Source: Tubiluchus corallicola (taxonomy: Eukaryota; Animalia; Priapulida). Taken from it: a DNA stretch of 64,000 nt. The stretch is from the NCBI GenBank assembly GCA_030141605.1, contig JAQGDQ010000254.1, positions 124,001 to 188,000 of the forward strand, read 5' to 3'. Of the stretch, positions 28,006-39,701 are shown piece by piece; within the stretch, counting starts at the first letter, position 1; the number at the start of each line of letters is the position of its first letter. The translations under genes and the position numbers were made by a program. The notes under the pieces are model-generated. The model had not been told where the DNA came from. It saw only the letters and a program-made list of their open reading frames with translations, and ran no database searches.

Positions 28006-31000
28006 GACACTGACACTTTCATGGATTACTATAGCCATTGCCATCGCCGTTGCCAATGCAATAATTTAGCCGCCGCAGCATTCTATACATGTTTTGATTA
28101 AATTCGATTGATTCTTACTACGTATTTACCATCACCACTGCATGCACTGCGAAAAAACACTGTTGCCTTGAGTTCTACAACCACAGGAGCATAATTCGCA
28201 TTAAGCAGCAGGCCGTAAATTGAAGGGTGCCATAAACCAAGTTCTCAGAAACCGAATAAAACTGGCACAGCTTGGGAATAAAATAATGCAGTCTTTTTCG
28301 AGGATGAGTATGCAGTGCACCGATAATTTTAACCACGCCGTCCGTGAGAATTAGCGACATTAATTCAGATGTCAGTGTGAGTGACCCCTTAGAACATCAA
28401 GGTCGTACGGTGGCTGGATTATTTCATCATTTCATATTAATCTGAGAGAAAATTTTCAAACATAGCCTGACCCTAACCTTGCGGAATGGTAACCTTGGGC
28501 TTGGTAGTTCTAACCGGGTCAGTAAATGTTAATTACGTGGACCATGCATGTAAGTCTGGATTTGTACTGCTATAACCCTGTCATTTATGGTAATCACCAT
28601 AATCAATTCCTGCTTGACCATAAACCGATAAAATGTGCAAAGTGGCAAAAATGACAGACAATTTCAGACTATGCTATACACTTGCATGTACAAATCTTTT
28701 TTGAAGTGAAAATTTCTCATCTAGTGTTTTATACCGCGAAGAGTGGGCGGAAGAAGAGTTCTTGTGAAAGGTCATTCATGTACACTTTTGTTGTGCAGTT
28801 TATATTGTGTGGTGATTGAATGATTTTATACTAACATGACGTTTGCAAAGCTGAATGGAAATAAAGATAAATGGGATGTTTCTAATTTAATCCTAGACAC
28901 ATGCAAAGACAATCAAATTTATAACACTAAACAACTGCTATTTAAATTTATTTTCTTAAAGAGTCATCAACTTATGACGCCTCATTTTTTGTCAATCGAT
29001 GTCAGTACTTGTGTGTAATCTACTATTATTAGTGTACTATTTACGCCTTTGCCCTTGGTGCCGCGATCTCCTAACATTTGTATTGAACTAACATAAGCTA
29101 GTGTATCGTCAGTAACTTGTTTTGATGGTGTTTTTTATAGTGCTCCATGTCCTGTTATTTTGGCTTCTTTGTCTCTGCATTTTATAGTAGGATTACAATC
29201 TAGCAAGTTGATAGCCTATCAGACTGAAATTGCATAAGCTGTCCATCAATCTAAGTAGATCTCTGCGTACGTTCAAATTGCAGTACAGCACAGTAAGCCT
29301 ATATTTAGGTTTTTGCCGATCGAGACTTGCTATTTCCTACACACTTGCAACATACTTAATTAATAGGTTTTAACTGTGACGCACATCCGTTACACAAGGC
29401 ACTAATGACCTGGCAGATCGCTGAGAGAGGCCCAATAAACGTAGTAATTGAACTTGCAAGCGATAAAGCGCACCCGTGTACGATAAGAAGAGATTGGATG
29501 CACCATTACAGTAGCAGCCAAACATCGAAAATTCCCCGGTTGATAATAGAAAAATCTTCGAAGGATCAAAACATTATATATTTATGAATGTAATGATGAG
29601 AAATCACCCAGGTCTAATCACAATATCGTAATACCATTATGAAGATAATAGGAAGGTTGGTAAGCTATGAAGTTGGTGACCGACTAAGCTTTTGATCAAA
29701 ATTCTAAATGTCTTGCACCTGTAGTTTATCAAAGAACTGTGAAGTTTACGATTCTGGATATAATGCTTATATTAACTAGGTACAGTAACAGAAAGCCTAT
29801 GAATTATTGTATAAATGACAGATTATGAAAATGTATGACTATTATGCACCCAAACGGGGGAAGCCCGTCTTATTGAATAATACGGGATCCTCGCTCCTCA
29901 CAGCATCTACCTTTTATAACATCTTTATGCACTGTAAGCCGGCATCCAACCTTCAAAGGCAAGATCTCCTCAATGTTTGTGACGAGACCGGAATCTAGCC
30001 TATCAAGTATATCCCTCCAAGTGAGCCACTGTACGTAATTATCTCAGCCACATTAGGATGTCAATCCATCATCCCTCTACGAAAGGAGAGAATGCAGAAA
30101 AGACAGAGAAGTTCTGTTTTAAGCAAAAGCCCCCGGGGGTTTAAGAGAAAGTAGATAATTTCTTGTCTGTCAAGTGTCAACAGTTCAATTATACATGTGG
30201 TTGTTTAGTTGCTGTGTTTAGTTTGATTACTGCCAGCATATTTCTTCATTTTGCTATTAGATCTTTTCAACATATACATTGTTATGCATCATTACTTTAT
30301 TCACCAAGACGTTTCTCAGTAATTCGGCCGTCATATGTCACTAAGAACAAAACGTGAGAGGTGGCCAAAGTGTTAACTGCCGAAATTGCAAATATATGTA
30401 AAGAAAGAGAATAAATATGATGCAAAGTTTCTTTCAAGTTTCAACGGGTACGTCATTGTAAAGCGACTGGTCACACACACAGTACAAAACTAAACGTGCA
30501 TGTACATGTCTATACTTACTTAAATGCTAAGCTGTACATGGACGTTAGCATTTGGTCGTTGTTACCCTACTCTCTATTATACAAAAACGCTTATCACCTC
30601 CCCCACGAGCTCTGGCATCCAAGGCTGCAGCTGCTACTTGCAATGGCCTTGACAGAGCCATTGGCAGTGCAATGCGCAGTGCAACGACATTAGAGTTTCG
30701 AACTCGGTGTTGCCTGCCTGCCTATCGAACGCACTTTTCAAAAAGGGTTATTAAACCGAACCCGAGCAGCGTTCTCTTGGCAAGTTGACAGCGTTTTATA
30801 CATTATAAATAGGCAGCTCAGTCAGTTCACTTCGCGTCTATATAAACACGAACATAATCTAAGCCGAGTGTCTACGAACTTCAGGTGTGCCTAAACTAGG
30901 TACACTTGGTTAAGGTACATGCACCCGCAGGCTGTTACTCTTATTTAAAACTCCCTGGATATTTGTGACCTGAATTTAACCGGACTATTCAGTCGTAGTT

Positions 31001-31199
31001 TTTCAAACCAAAGTTAAACTGTGATATGCCTGTTAAAGTGACAATGCAGTCCCCACAGGATAATAACCATGGCGACACTCTATCTTGCTCAGTCAAGATT
31101 ATTTTCTTGCCGTGGATAGTTGCCACAGCACCCCAAATGTGCGTCCGCCCTACATTTAAACCATGTCAAGACTGTCAATATCCGGTTACGAGCTTGTGA

Positions 31200-33288
31200 C
31201 TTGTTTAATGTTTATATTCAGTTGCTGTCCAATTTGCAAACACACGAACCAGATATCCAACTCAAGTTTGACCTAACTGCTTGACACTATAATAAGCCAC
31301 CAACACCAAAATTTTGTGTTTCTGGAAAATATATTCAATTCGTTCAATATATACAACAAAAATACAAAGAATACAGTGTTTCATAACACTTGCTACATAC
31401 ACATCATAGTTCAACACTTTATCATTATTACACAAAGAGATTGCAGCAAATTTATTAACACTGGGGTATGTGGTATATGAAATGGAAATTTGAAAGAAGT
31501 TACACACACTCCCACTATGCGTCTAAGGTTTAAAATACATGTTTAATACATCAAGTTTTACAATACTTATACAAAACTGATAGAAATGTTTGATCGATTA
31601 ATGACTGGTACCACTTACAGTGCTGTACATTAGCTTTCGCATCAGTTCATCATTACGTCATTACCTAATTATAGTAATAACTCAATTTTACATCATTACA
31701 CAATCAATGTGCATTTAAAACACACAAAAATACGAAACGGTGCGCACAATACAAAAGTGCTCAATAATAATTATTATAATAATTGTTGGAAAATTCAAGT
31801 TACCAATACAATTCGTAAAGAATAAAAATCGAATACTATTTACACATATTCTACAGAATAACATCCATACTTTGAAAGTTCGTTTTTACAAAATACACAA
31901 GTTCAGTATCTACAAATGTGCCAACGTTACTGTAGCTACAGTTTCGTACGCGGCCTGCCTAGTGAAAACTGGCATTGCATATTACTCAGTTACATACATA
32001 AACTCAGGCGGGAAAAGTTCATTGGTTTTTACAGGCGTGCCTGTGGTCCCTAGAAGCTGTTGGTTTGAACAGCCAGTATTCAAACCTGAATTATTACAAC
32101 AGACTAAAATACTCTACAAGGTCGCTCTGAAAATTGGACATAATTTAATAGATGTTTTCTAACCATTACATAATCATTGTGATTTAGTAATTATGAAGTA
32201 CAATTTTATAGGCATTTTATGACAAAACATCCAGTTTACAACCAAAGTAAATGAAAAGAAATGTTCAACAGAACAAATATTTTAACAGGCATACATACTT
32301 CAGTCCAATGATCTTGAGATATTACAACAGGGCAAGGAAACATGTTAAAATAGCTATTGAACCTACTTACAATAAAAGAGATATTCCTACAATTGCAGCA
32401 AAGTACAATTACATACTTTTAATAAGTAAATACAATAATGATCATAAATAAATTTAATAATACTTAATATTGCAGATGCTTTTAAAGACAAGGCTATTCG
32501 AAAATAATTAAAAAATGAGTGTTTATTGCTATTAAATCAGGATTTTCAAAAGAAATTTGTAGTTATCAAAAGTTAAAAGTTGACAGTCAATTTTTTGTAA
32601 ACAGAGCTTAATCAAATGCTTGAAAACACTGTAATTACACCATTCACTAATATGCAAAAAATCGCCAGAAAGTTCAGTCTCAGTCTGCAAAGTGAATGCC
32701 AACACCAGTAATTTAAAACACAACCTTGGGCTAGCAAAACGCTAGACACAGTATTAAATAAATAAATATTACGTAATGTAGGCCACAAAATAATATGTAC
32801 ACAGTCTTTTCTCTCTCACTTCCCCTGATACATCGATCCCCATAGAAAATCAAGCCTGTGGAATAATTTACATAAAACATATCCCCAAAACACAGATTCC
32901 CTAAAAATCAGAATGATAATAACCCCTTATGGATGCTCTACTTTAATTTACCCAACAAATGTAACGAATAACCTGACCACGAACATTCTCAATATTATTA
33001 CAGAAAAATATTTTTTAACACGTTCCAGTCACTCGCCGTAACGACACCTCAAGAACACCATCCAAGCCAAAAGCAAGTACAGTTATTAGCAAGAAATTGC
33101 TAATAGGCAGGCATGAATGAAAAGTACAGGTCTCTCACTACAGGGGCACCAAATGCCCTTTTTCACAAGCACTTAACAGCTATAAAAGGAAAACATAACA
33201 ATGGCTTTCAACTCATTAGCAAGTCTGTAGGCCTGTAGAGCTCATTATTGGGGTACTTACTGTATCAGCCAGGATAAACAATAGTTTC
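31200..33288 (-). other. Probable long SoxC 3' UTR (distal end uncertain)
   Basis: Repeat-free, U/GU-rich sense strand for ~2 kb after the stop codon. Candidate polyA signals: AATAAA at 32522-32527 and 31451-31456, ATTAAA at 31542-31547 and 31204-31209. Multiple TGTANATA and ATTTA motifs. Confidence 0.5.
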
Positions 33289-34284
33289 TTACGTTGTGAT
33301 TAACGACGTTAGGCCACCATCGGCATTGCCAAGATTATCCAACCAGTCAAGGTCGTTTGGATCGGATGTGTAATCGTAATCTGGAAATTCGAAATGTGAC
33401 TCTTTGATCTTCTCAAATTCTGAATCTGTCAGAGCGATATGTGCAAATTCACTTGCCCAGTTGGACGGCAGATTCAGCATTTCGGTTAAGTCCGGATCCG
33501 GAGAAACGCCGACTTCACTGCCGTATCCGGATGAACTGGTAGAATCGACGGATGCAGCACCGTCCGAATTCGTTGAACTGCGTGGGCTGCCGAACATGTC
33601 ATCATAAAAGGTACTCGACTCGGGAGTTCCTGGGGACACAGCACCCGGGCTGTTCGGTAAATTGACTAAATGCCCTGCACCCAACGTACCTTTCCTAGCT
33701 TTGATCCTATCCTTGAATTTTTTGTCGATGGTGAGTTTTAATTTGAGTTTATTAGAGTTCAAACCACCAGAGGTAACACTCGACACATGATGTAAAATGG
33801 CGTATTCGTCATCTTCGGCCGAAGAACAGCGAAATTTCGATGCCCTTGCGATATCACCTGTTTTTGATTTGCTGATTTTGCCCACTTTGCCCTCGGAATG
33901 TTTTACAGCTGCCGAGGAAATTTTAGCTTTCTTACGAGGTCGGTATTTGTAATCGGGATATTCCTGCTGGTGCAGAACGCGAAGCCTTTCCGCCTCTTCG
34001 ATGAACGGTTGCTTCTCTGCGTCGTTCAGTTGTTTCCATCGTTTACCCAGTCTCTTACTTATCTCGGCATTGTGCATGTCGGGCTGTACTTCCACTATTT
34101 TTCGTCTTTCAATCTGACTCCATACCATGAATGCATTCATAGGCCGTTTGATGTGAGCTACAGCTTTCTTGCACTGTGTCGCATCTGTGTACGGCGTAGA
34201 GCTCTCACAATGCATCACCTTTTGACTGGGAAAAATGTCCACGCCATGTTTCGCCAAACCCGTGTCGTTCCGTCCGGGCAGCAT
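33289..34284 (-). CDS. SoxC: SoxC-group (Sox4/11/12-like) HMG-box transcription factor, single exon, 331 aa
   Basis: HMG box [43 protein letters not shown]...[15 protein letters not shown] is diagnostic of SoxC. Also present: the invertebrate SoxC N-terminal motif [23 protein letters not shown], and the C-terminal transactivation motif SHFEFPDY...DWL. First in-frame ATG is at 34284 (the ORF-track start at 34413 is a TTG). Intronless, like vertebrate SoxC genes. Confidence 0.97.
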   Translation of the reverse strand: MLPGRNDTGLAKHGVDIFPSQKVMHCESSTPYTDATQCKKAVAHIKRPMNAFMVWSQIERRKIVEVQPDMHNAEISKRLGKRWKQLNDAEKQPFIEEAERLRVLHQQEYPDYKYRPRKKAKISSAAVKHSEGKVGKISKSKTGDIARASKFRCSSAEDDEYAILHHVSSVTSGGLNSNKLKLKLTIDKKFKDRIKARKGTLGAGHLVNLPNSPGAVSPGTPESSTFYDDMFGSPRSSTNSDGAASVDSTSSSGYGSEVGVSPDPDLTEMLNLPSNWASEFAHIALTDSEFEKIKESHFEFPDYDYTSDPNDLDWLDNLGNADGGLTSLITT

Positions 34285-34384
34285 TTCTAATTCACATAGA
34301 AATTTGTGTTTAATATTCCAGTCGTGTAAATACAGTCTGCTTTGCACAACTAACAAATCTATCTGCACAACACTGCAAGCACAC

Positions 34385-34492
34385 GAGAATCTGAACTGCT
34401 GCACGTGCAGCAAAAAGCTTATAAACCATGCGTCGTGACGTCACGAGGCGGACAACCAATCAGCGGCGTCAGTAGTTAGGCTTGTAAACAAA
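34385..34492 (-). promoter_or_regulatory. SoxC core/proximal promoter: Inr-like, E-box palindrome, TATA, full CRE, CCAAT box, Fox site
   Basis: Minus-strand TTTATAAG at 34418-34425, with an Inr-like CAGTTCAGA about 25-30 nt downstream (~34390-34398). TGACGTCA at 34436-34443 lies inside a 14-bp palindrome. AACCAATCAG at 34454-34463; GTAAACA at 34484-34490; CACGTG at 34402-34407. Confidence 0.75.
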
Positions 34493-36519
34493 AACCACCT
34501 GCTAGCTGATAGCATGCCAGGCATGACTGAAGCACACATGTATGCGTAATTATTGCCAATACATCTAGTCAACTTCAACTAATCAACACGTAATGCCGAT
34601 TGCTGAGAAATGGGAAAGCGAAGATGTGATTGAATTATGACACTCCAAGAAATCCTTGCTAAACGCTTCCCTAAAGATCGTAAATTAACACCGGAAGTAT
34701 TAAAACAGGCTTAGTTACACTTCCTTAGCAGCCATCCTGAGTTCCTGTTAATAGATCTAAAAAGTAATCTTTAAGTAGAAAGATGTCAATATAGTTTTAC
34801 CAACTGCAAGGTACCTTGCTGGTTAAGGCGGTTATTAAACTTCTAGTAACACTCGTTCTTTTCCGTTTTTGTTGTACCACCCGCTGAGGATTTGCACTCT
34901 GATTGGTGTTATTTTTTAAAGCTGTTAAACTCTAAACTTCCTAAAAATGAAGACAAAAAGTAGACCGAAATAGCAAACATTTTTGTCAAGCCTTAGCTAA
35001 GGCATATTGGGTCTAGAAAAACTTGAAAAAAGTAAAAAACGGTAGCTATTCCCCCTTTAATGACTAATAAACTAGGAGCTCAAATAGTATAGATGCCACG
35101 CAACATTTTTACAACTTTTTCCCTTAATGGAGGTTATAGACCTGCGATGTTTTATTCTTGCTGTTTTTTGCTGTTTTCTTTGTTCTTAATGCTGACTAAA
35201 ACTATGCAAAACGGTAAAACTGCAAAATTATACAACGGAAACGCTTGCTTTGTTCCAGTATGGCGATTTTTGGTCGATGCACACAATTGAGACTTGACGA
35301 AACATTGCAAATATATACTCTGACAGTTTAGTTGCTTAAAAAATAAAAATGTATTTATTTATTCGTTCGTTCGTTTGCTTGTTCATTCATTCATTCAGTC
35401 AATAATTTATTTAGTCATTTATTTATTTACTTTGAATACGTCCCATTGCAGTTATTCTGCTAGTTTTGCCAATGGCGCTGAAAAGCACAGATAAACATTA
35501 ATAGTTTTGCATTTTTAACACAAATTAGCTTTAGCAACACACGCCCGTGGATTACGTCATACCGCTACTATGACTACAGAACCTATGTCATCATTTACTA
35601 GAAATGGTGTAGAAATTTGTGCATCTTTATCTATTTGGTCTTTTTTTAAATGTCATTAAAAACAACAAACAGTTTTTTATGCTACGCAGCGGTACAAACT
35701 CTTTTCTCGTGCAATAAGAGCCGTGCACGCAGCTATTTCGCTTTTAATCGTGAGCGTTCAGAATTCGGGTAAATCGCACGGTTAAAAAAGCCCTGCAGGC
35801 CAAATGCAAAACGATCAATTCTACTTGCAGTCGGGAATGAATAGACAATCGTTGTAAAAGCCCCGTGCCGCCTAATGCATTTACCGTTACGCCAGTCTTC
35901 AGGTGGTTCATCTAGACGGATATTAAGCATAAACCGGTAACAGAAAGAGCGGCAGGTGCGTGCGCGTGGCGTACACCCTCCAGGCTTAGTCCTTATAAAA
36001 GCCCTATATATGGAGCTACCGTAGCTTATTGACCTGAAATTGTGTGAGATTCCCACCAGAACAAAATCTCACTTGGATTTCGACAGCTGTGTATAAGCAG
36101 ACAGCTTGCCAGAAAGCCTGTCATGGCCATTTAATGACTGGTATGCAGAATATGTTCAACTCGAAGCTACCAGGCATTCCTTAATGAGGTTTCCATCAGC
36201 TTAAATTTACCGTTCTTTATTTTGCTTTCGTTTTCACTGTAGTGTCATGGTTAACTGAAAATAAGTGACACTAAAACAATATTATACACACGTTGACTAA
36301 AAACTGAGCAAGAATAACTTTATCGGGCATAATATAGCTGCAGATACTTCGCCTTTTTCTGGAAAATTGCCAAGCATTATATAATTCTATACCGGATATT
36401 ATTCGACATTATTCGAATGCTCAACATCTAGCCAGTTAGGGCTATTATGTCCGTTTACTCCCCACAACAAATGACAATGACAATGTATTCCATTAGCAAT
36501 TTAAAATAATAACTAAATT

Positions 36520-36612
36520 GAGATCTTTCGTTTGGTATATACATCCCAAAAAATGGTGCTCTCGTTGGAACTGTAGCCTCGAATATTACATATAAATATT
36601 TATATACATATG
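36520..36612 (+). mobile_element. Fragment of the same repeat family as 53782-54090
   Basis: GAGATCTTTCGTTTGGTATATAC...AAATGGTGCTCTCGTTGGAACTGTAGCCTCGAAT followed by a degenerate TA tract. Confidence 0.65.
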
Positions 36613-38131
36613 TATATTCAGATACTTAATTATTACGAAATTAATTCTACATATTACAACCTATTTAGTATCTACATTCAAGTCATTTACTATGGATGTA
36701 ACGGCTTGGCAACAAATAACCAGAACTATGCATAATCATAAGAACAACACTTGATCATATAACAAGTATATTGTACAATTATATTTTATAATTACTTTTC
36801 TCAATGTTCCGAATATAGGGTACAGCTTTTCATAACTACCGCTAGGTGGGGCACAACTACAATGAAATTTTTGACGCGCACTGTTTTACAATGTGCTGTC
36901 AAATCATACTTTTATGTACGTCAATATTAAATTTTTGTTAATAGAAGCTTCCTGTATTAAGAATAAAACGATTTAATGCAGTTCTATTAAGTCTACTCGA
37001 CAAACTGATGCTTTACAAATGCCCGATTTCTTATGGAACCAATATCACAATTACTATCAGCTAAAGACTTAAATTTTTAGCATCTACTATGCAAGCAAAT
37101 CCAAAATGGAAAAAGAATGGCTTGCACATTATCATCGTTCGCCAAACATTAATATTTAACGAGCTGAATCATTCAATAACAGCGCGTCATCACGTGACTA
37201 GGCTATTGTTCAGTAAGCACGTGTAGCGAATAAGGCTTATCGAAATCTGCAAGGCAAAGCTAATACATGTAGATGCAGTTCCTGTTCATTTGCTCAGTTG
37301 TGCCTATCAATTAACCAACGGGCTTTAAAAGACAGAAAAGCAAGGGATTGGTAGAGACAGAGGGGGGGGAAGAAGAAGCTGAAGAACAAATAGAAGGAGA
37401 CCGAGAGAGGGGGATGCGAAAGCGATAAAGAGAATGGGAAATAGAAAGGGTAGAAAAAGATGGAAAAGAGAATACAGAAAGGGGAAAAGAACACACTGGG
37501 ACGGAGGCAGAGATCCGGTGAAATATTTGATTTGATTTAAGTCTTTGTTATAAGCTCTGACTTTACAAACACAAAAATACATTTAAGACAAAAATACACA
37601 CAATTTACAATTATACAGTGAACAGTCCTCTCCATTTTTCTATAATATATGAAGTAAAGAAAACATCACGTTCACTCAAAGTGTGCAATAGCTATTAAAA
37701 CGAGAGATTAATTACGTTCTGGAATAGAACATATAGGACTTCGTGGATTTGGGACATTTAATTAGTGTGGTTTCAAACGTGCATATTATAAGACTCCCAT
37801 GGGTGCACACTGTTCCCATTATAATGAAGGGAAGCAATAATTAATGTATTAAACATACTCAGCGATGTGTCAGCACATAATTTCTAAGAGTGCGACGCGT
37901 GGTCTAGCTTGGGGCTTCAATTTACGAGCCCCCATATGGGGAGAAGAGATTAGGGGAGAGAGCGTTGCGTTAATAATTAGCGAGGGGTAGGCTGGAAAGT
38001 TTTGATATGTAAAATGGAGCGTGCCACTTATTTTTGCATTATACTAGTTGAAAGCACTGGCGTTACCCATAGGAGCAAGAAATTCAGTGACTCTGGATTT
38101 TAAAGACGCTTGATAACGATTTTTGCGTTTT

Positions 38132-38136
<5 letters not shown>

Positions 38137-38185
<49 letters not shown>

Positions 38186-38300
38186 TCGCTCCATCTCTTC
38201 CTCTCTTATTCCCCCTTTCACTTTTTCTTTCTCTTTTCTCTCTCATTCCCCTCTCTCTCGGTCTCTCTGTTCTTTTTCTTTCTCTCTCTTTTCATCTCTG
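38137..38300. repeat. (CT)n plus pyrimidine-rich tract
   Basis: Directly visible. Similar purine/pyrimidine tracts occur at 340-545, 6465-6590, 37350-37490 and 48115-48298. Confidence 0.9.
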
Positions 38301-38904
38301 CAATGATTATTGGTCTTTGTTTGCCTTTTGACCTTTCAAAGGGTCCTAAAAAGTGAATATTTTTAACGACCTAATTTGAAACTTTGGGAATTTTTTGTGC
38401 GCTCTGCTAATGTGGCTGCCCGTTTTGTTATGACCCTTTAAGGAAGAATGGAGGGAAGACTTGATTTTCGAAACATAGATATGCCCCTAAAGCCATGTGT
38501 TGGGTACTCACATGAAATAAATTCCACACTGTGTGCATTTTAAAAACGTCCCAAATGTTTGGCTATAAAAGCTGAATTTTGTCCCCACGGCAGGTGCGGT
38601 ATATTTACTCTGTAAAGCCTTCAGCTGATTAGCCACGCCAGCTGCCGCGCCGCAAAGTACAGTTATAATGATTTATCGTAAACTAATTAATGCAGTTAAG
38701 GAACCGTTATGTACGCGTGGCTTTTAAAAAAGTGTACAGAATTTTTTCTACATTGGATTACTACATGCGCTTTGTGTACATTATTTCTTATATGAGCAGC
38801 AGTTTTGTAGGATTATTTAGTTGTATTCATCCCATTGATCTCACACTTTTTGCTCTCTACGAATTACTTTTGCTTATCTACAGACCTGTTGCTTGCTCGG
38901 GATA

Positions 38905-39110
38905 TACAGTATGTTCCAGAAAAAACAGTGTGGTAAAAATATGCTGAAAAACTTGTATTAAAATGTACAGTGCGTTAGAATAATTGGAATTATGCAAACA
39001 TTTTTCAGATATAATGCAGAAGTCCATGGCAACAAGTCTTTGTGGTATGTCAGTATATCCCAGCATATCAGCACATTTCTGCTGCACTATTTCTTTTGGG
39101 ACATCCTGTA
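38905..39110. mobile_element. MITE family B (Tc1/mariner-like), most complete copy
   Basis: TA-CAGTATGTTCCAGAAAA ... TTTTGGGACATCCTG-TA. TA target duplication and CAGGGTG-type TIRs are typical of Tc1/mariner derivatives. Confidence 0.75.
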
Positions 39111-39701
39111 GTAGCTGGATGTTGTCGTTGTAACTGAAGGCGATAATCCGAATGATACAATTACCCAAATAGCGTTTATATTTTAAATGTTGTGGTAAAT
39201 GGTAATGATGACGACGACGAGAAGGATGAGGATGATAATGACCATGACTTCGATGATGAATGATGGTGATGAAAGCAGCGATGAATGTTAGTTTAGTTTT
39301 CTCATCCCTGCATGCCACTCTTGCCACTCTACGTTTTTCTGAACAAGTTTGAACTAACCTTAATCAAAATGCGCTGTAGGCAAATCTTAACGTACTGAAT
39401 TACTAAAACGACTCTAATCTAAGATGGTAGCAAATATCAATGAGAGTGTTATTAGGTTAGGATTCCCGTTGGGATGGCCTTCTACTGAGAAAATATTTCG
39501 TGCGTTTAGAATGGAATGTTAAGAGGAACAAGGTGGACACTGCGGACAGAAATCCTATGACAGTGTACGAATTCTCCTCGTAAGCACCTAAATAAAGAGA
39601 AAGAGAATTTTACTGTCAAAAGCATTGTCAAAAACAACTTTAAATTTAATCAGCATTCAAGCAATTAAAGGAAGAGAATGGTTTGCAAAGTGTGTTATAG
39701 T

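Noticed and set aside
34285-34413. 43-aa N-terminal extension of SoxC from the ORF-track start
   Set aside because: It starts at a TTG located between the TATA box and the predicted TSS; SoxC-like sequence begins at the ATG at 34284.
33404-34438. Plus-strand ORFs 33404-33607, 33898-34290 and 34235-34438
   Set aside because: Antisense shadows of the SoxC CDS with no recognisable protein features.
36002-36013. CArG/SRF box CCTATATATGG
   Set aside because: It has seven A/T bases between CC and GG instead of six.
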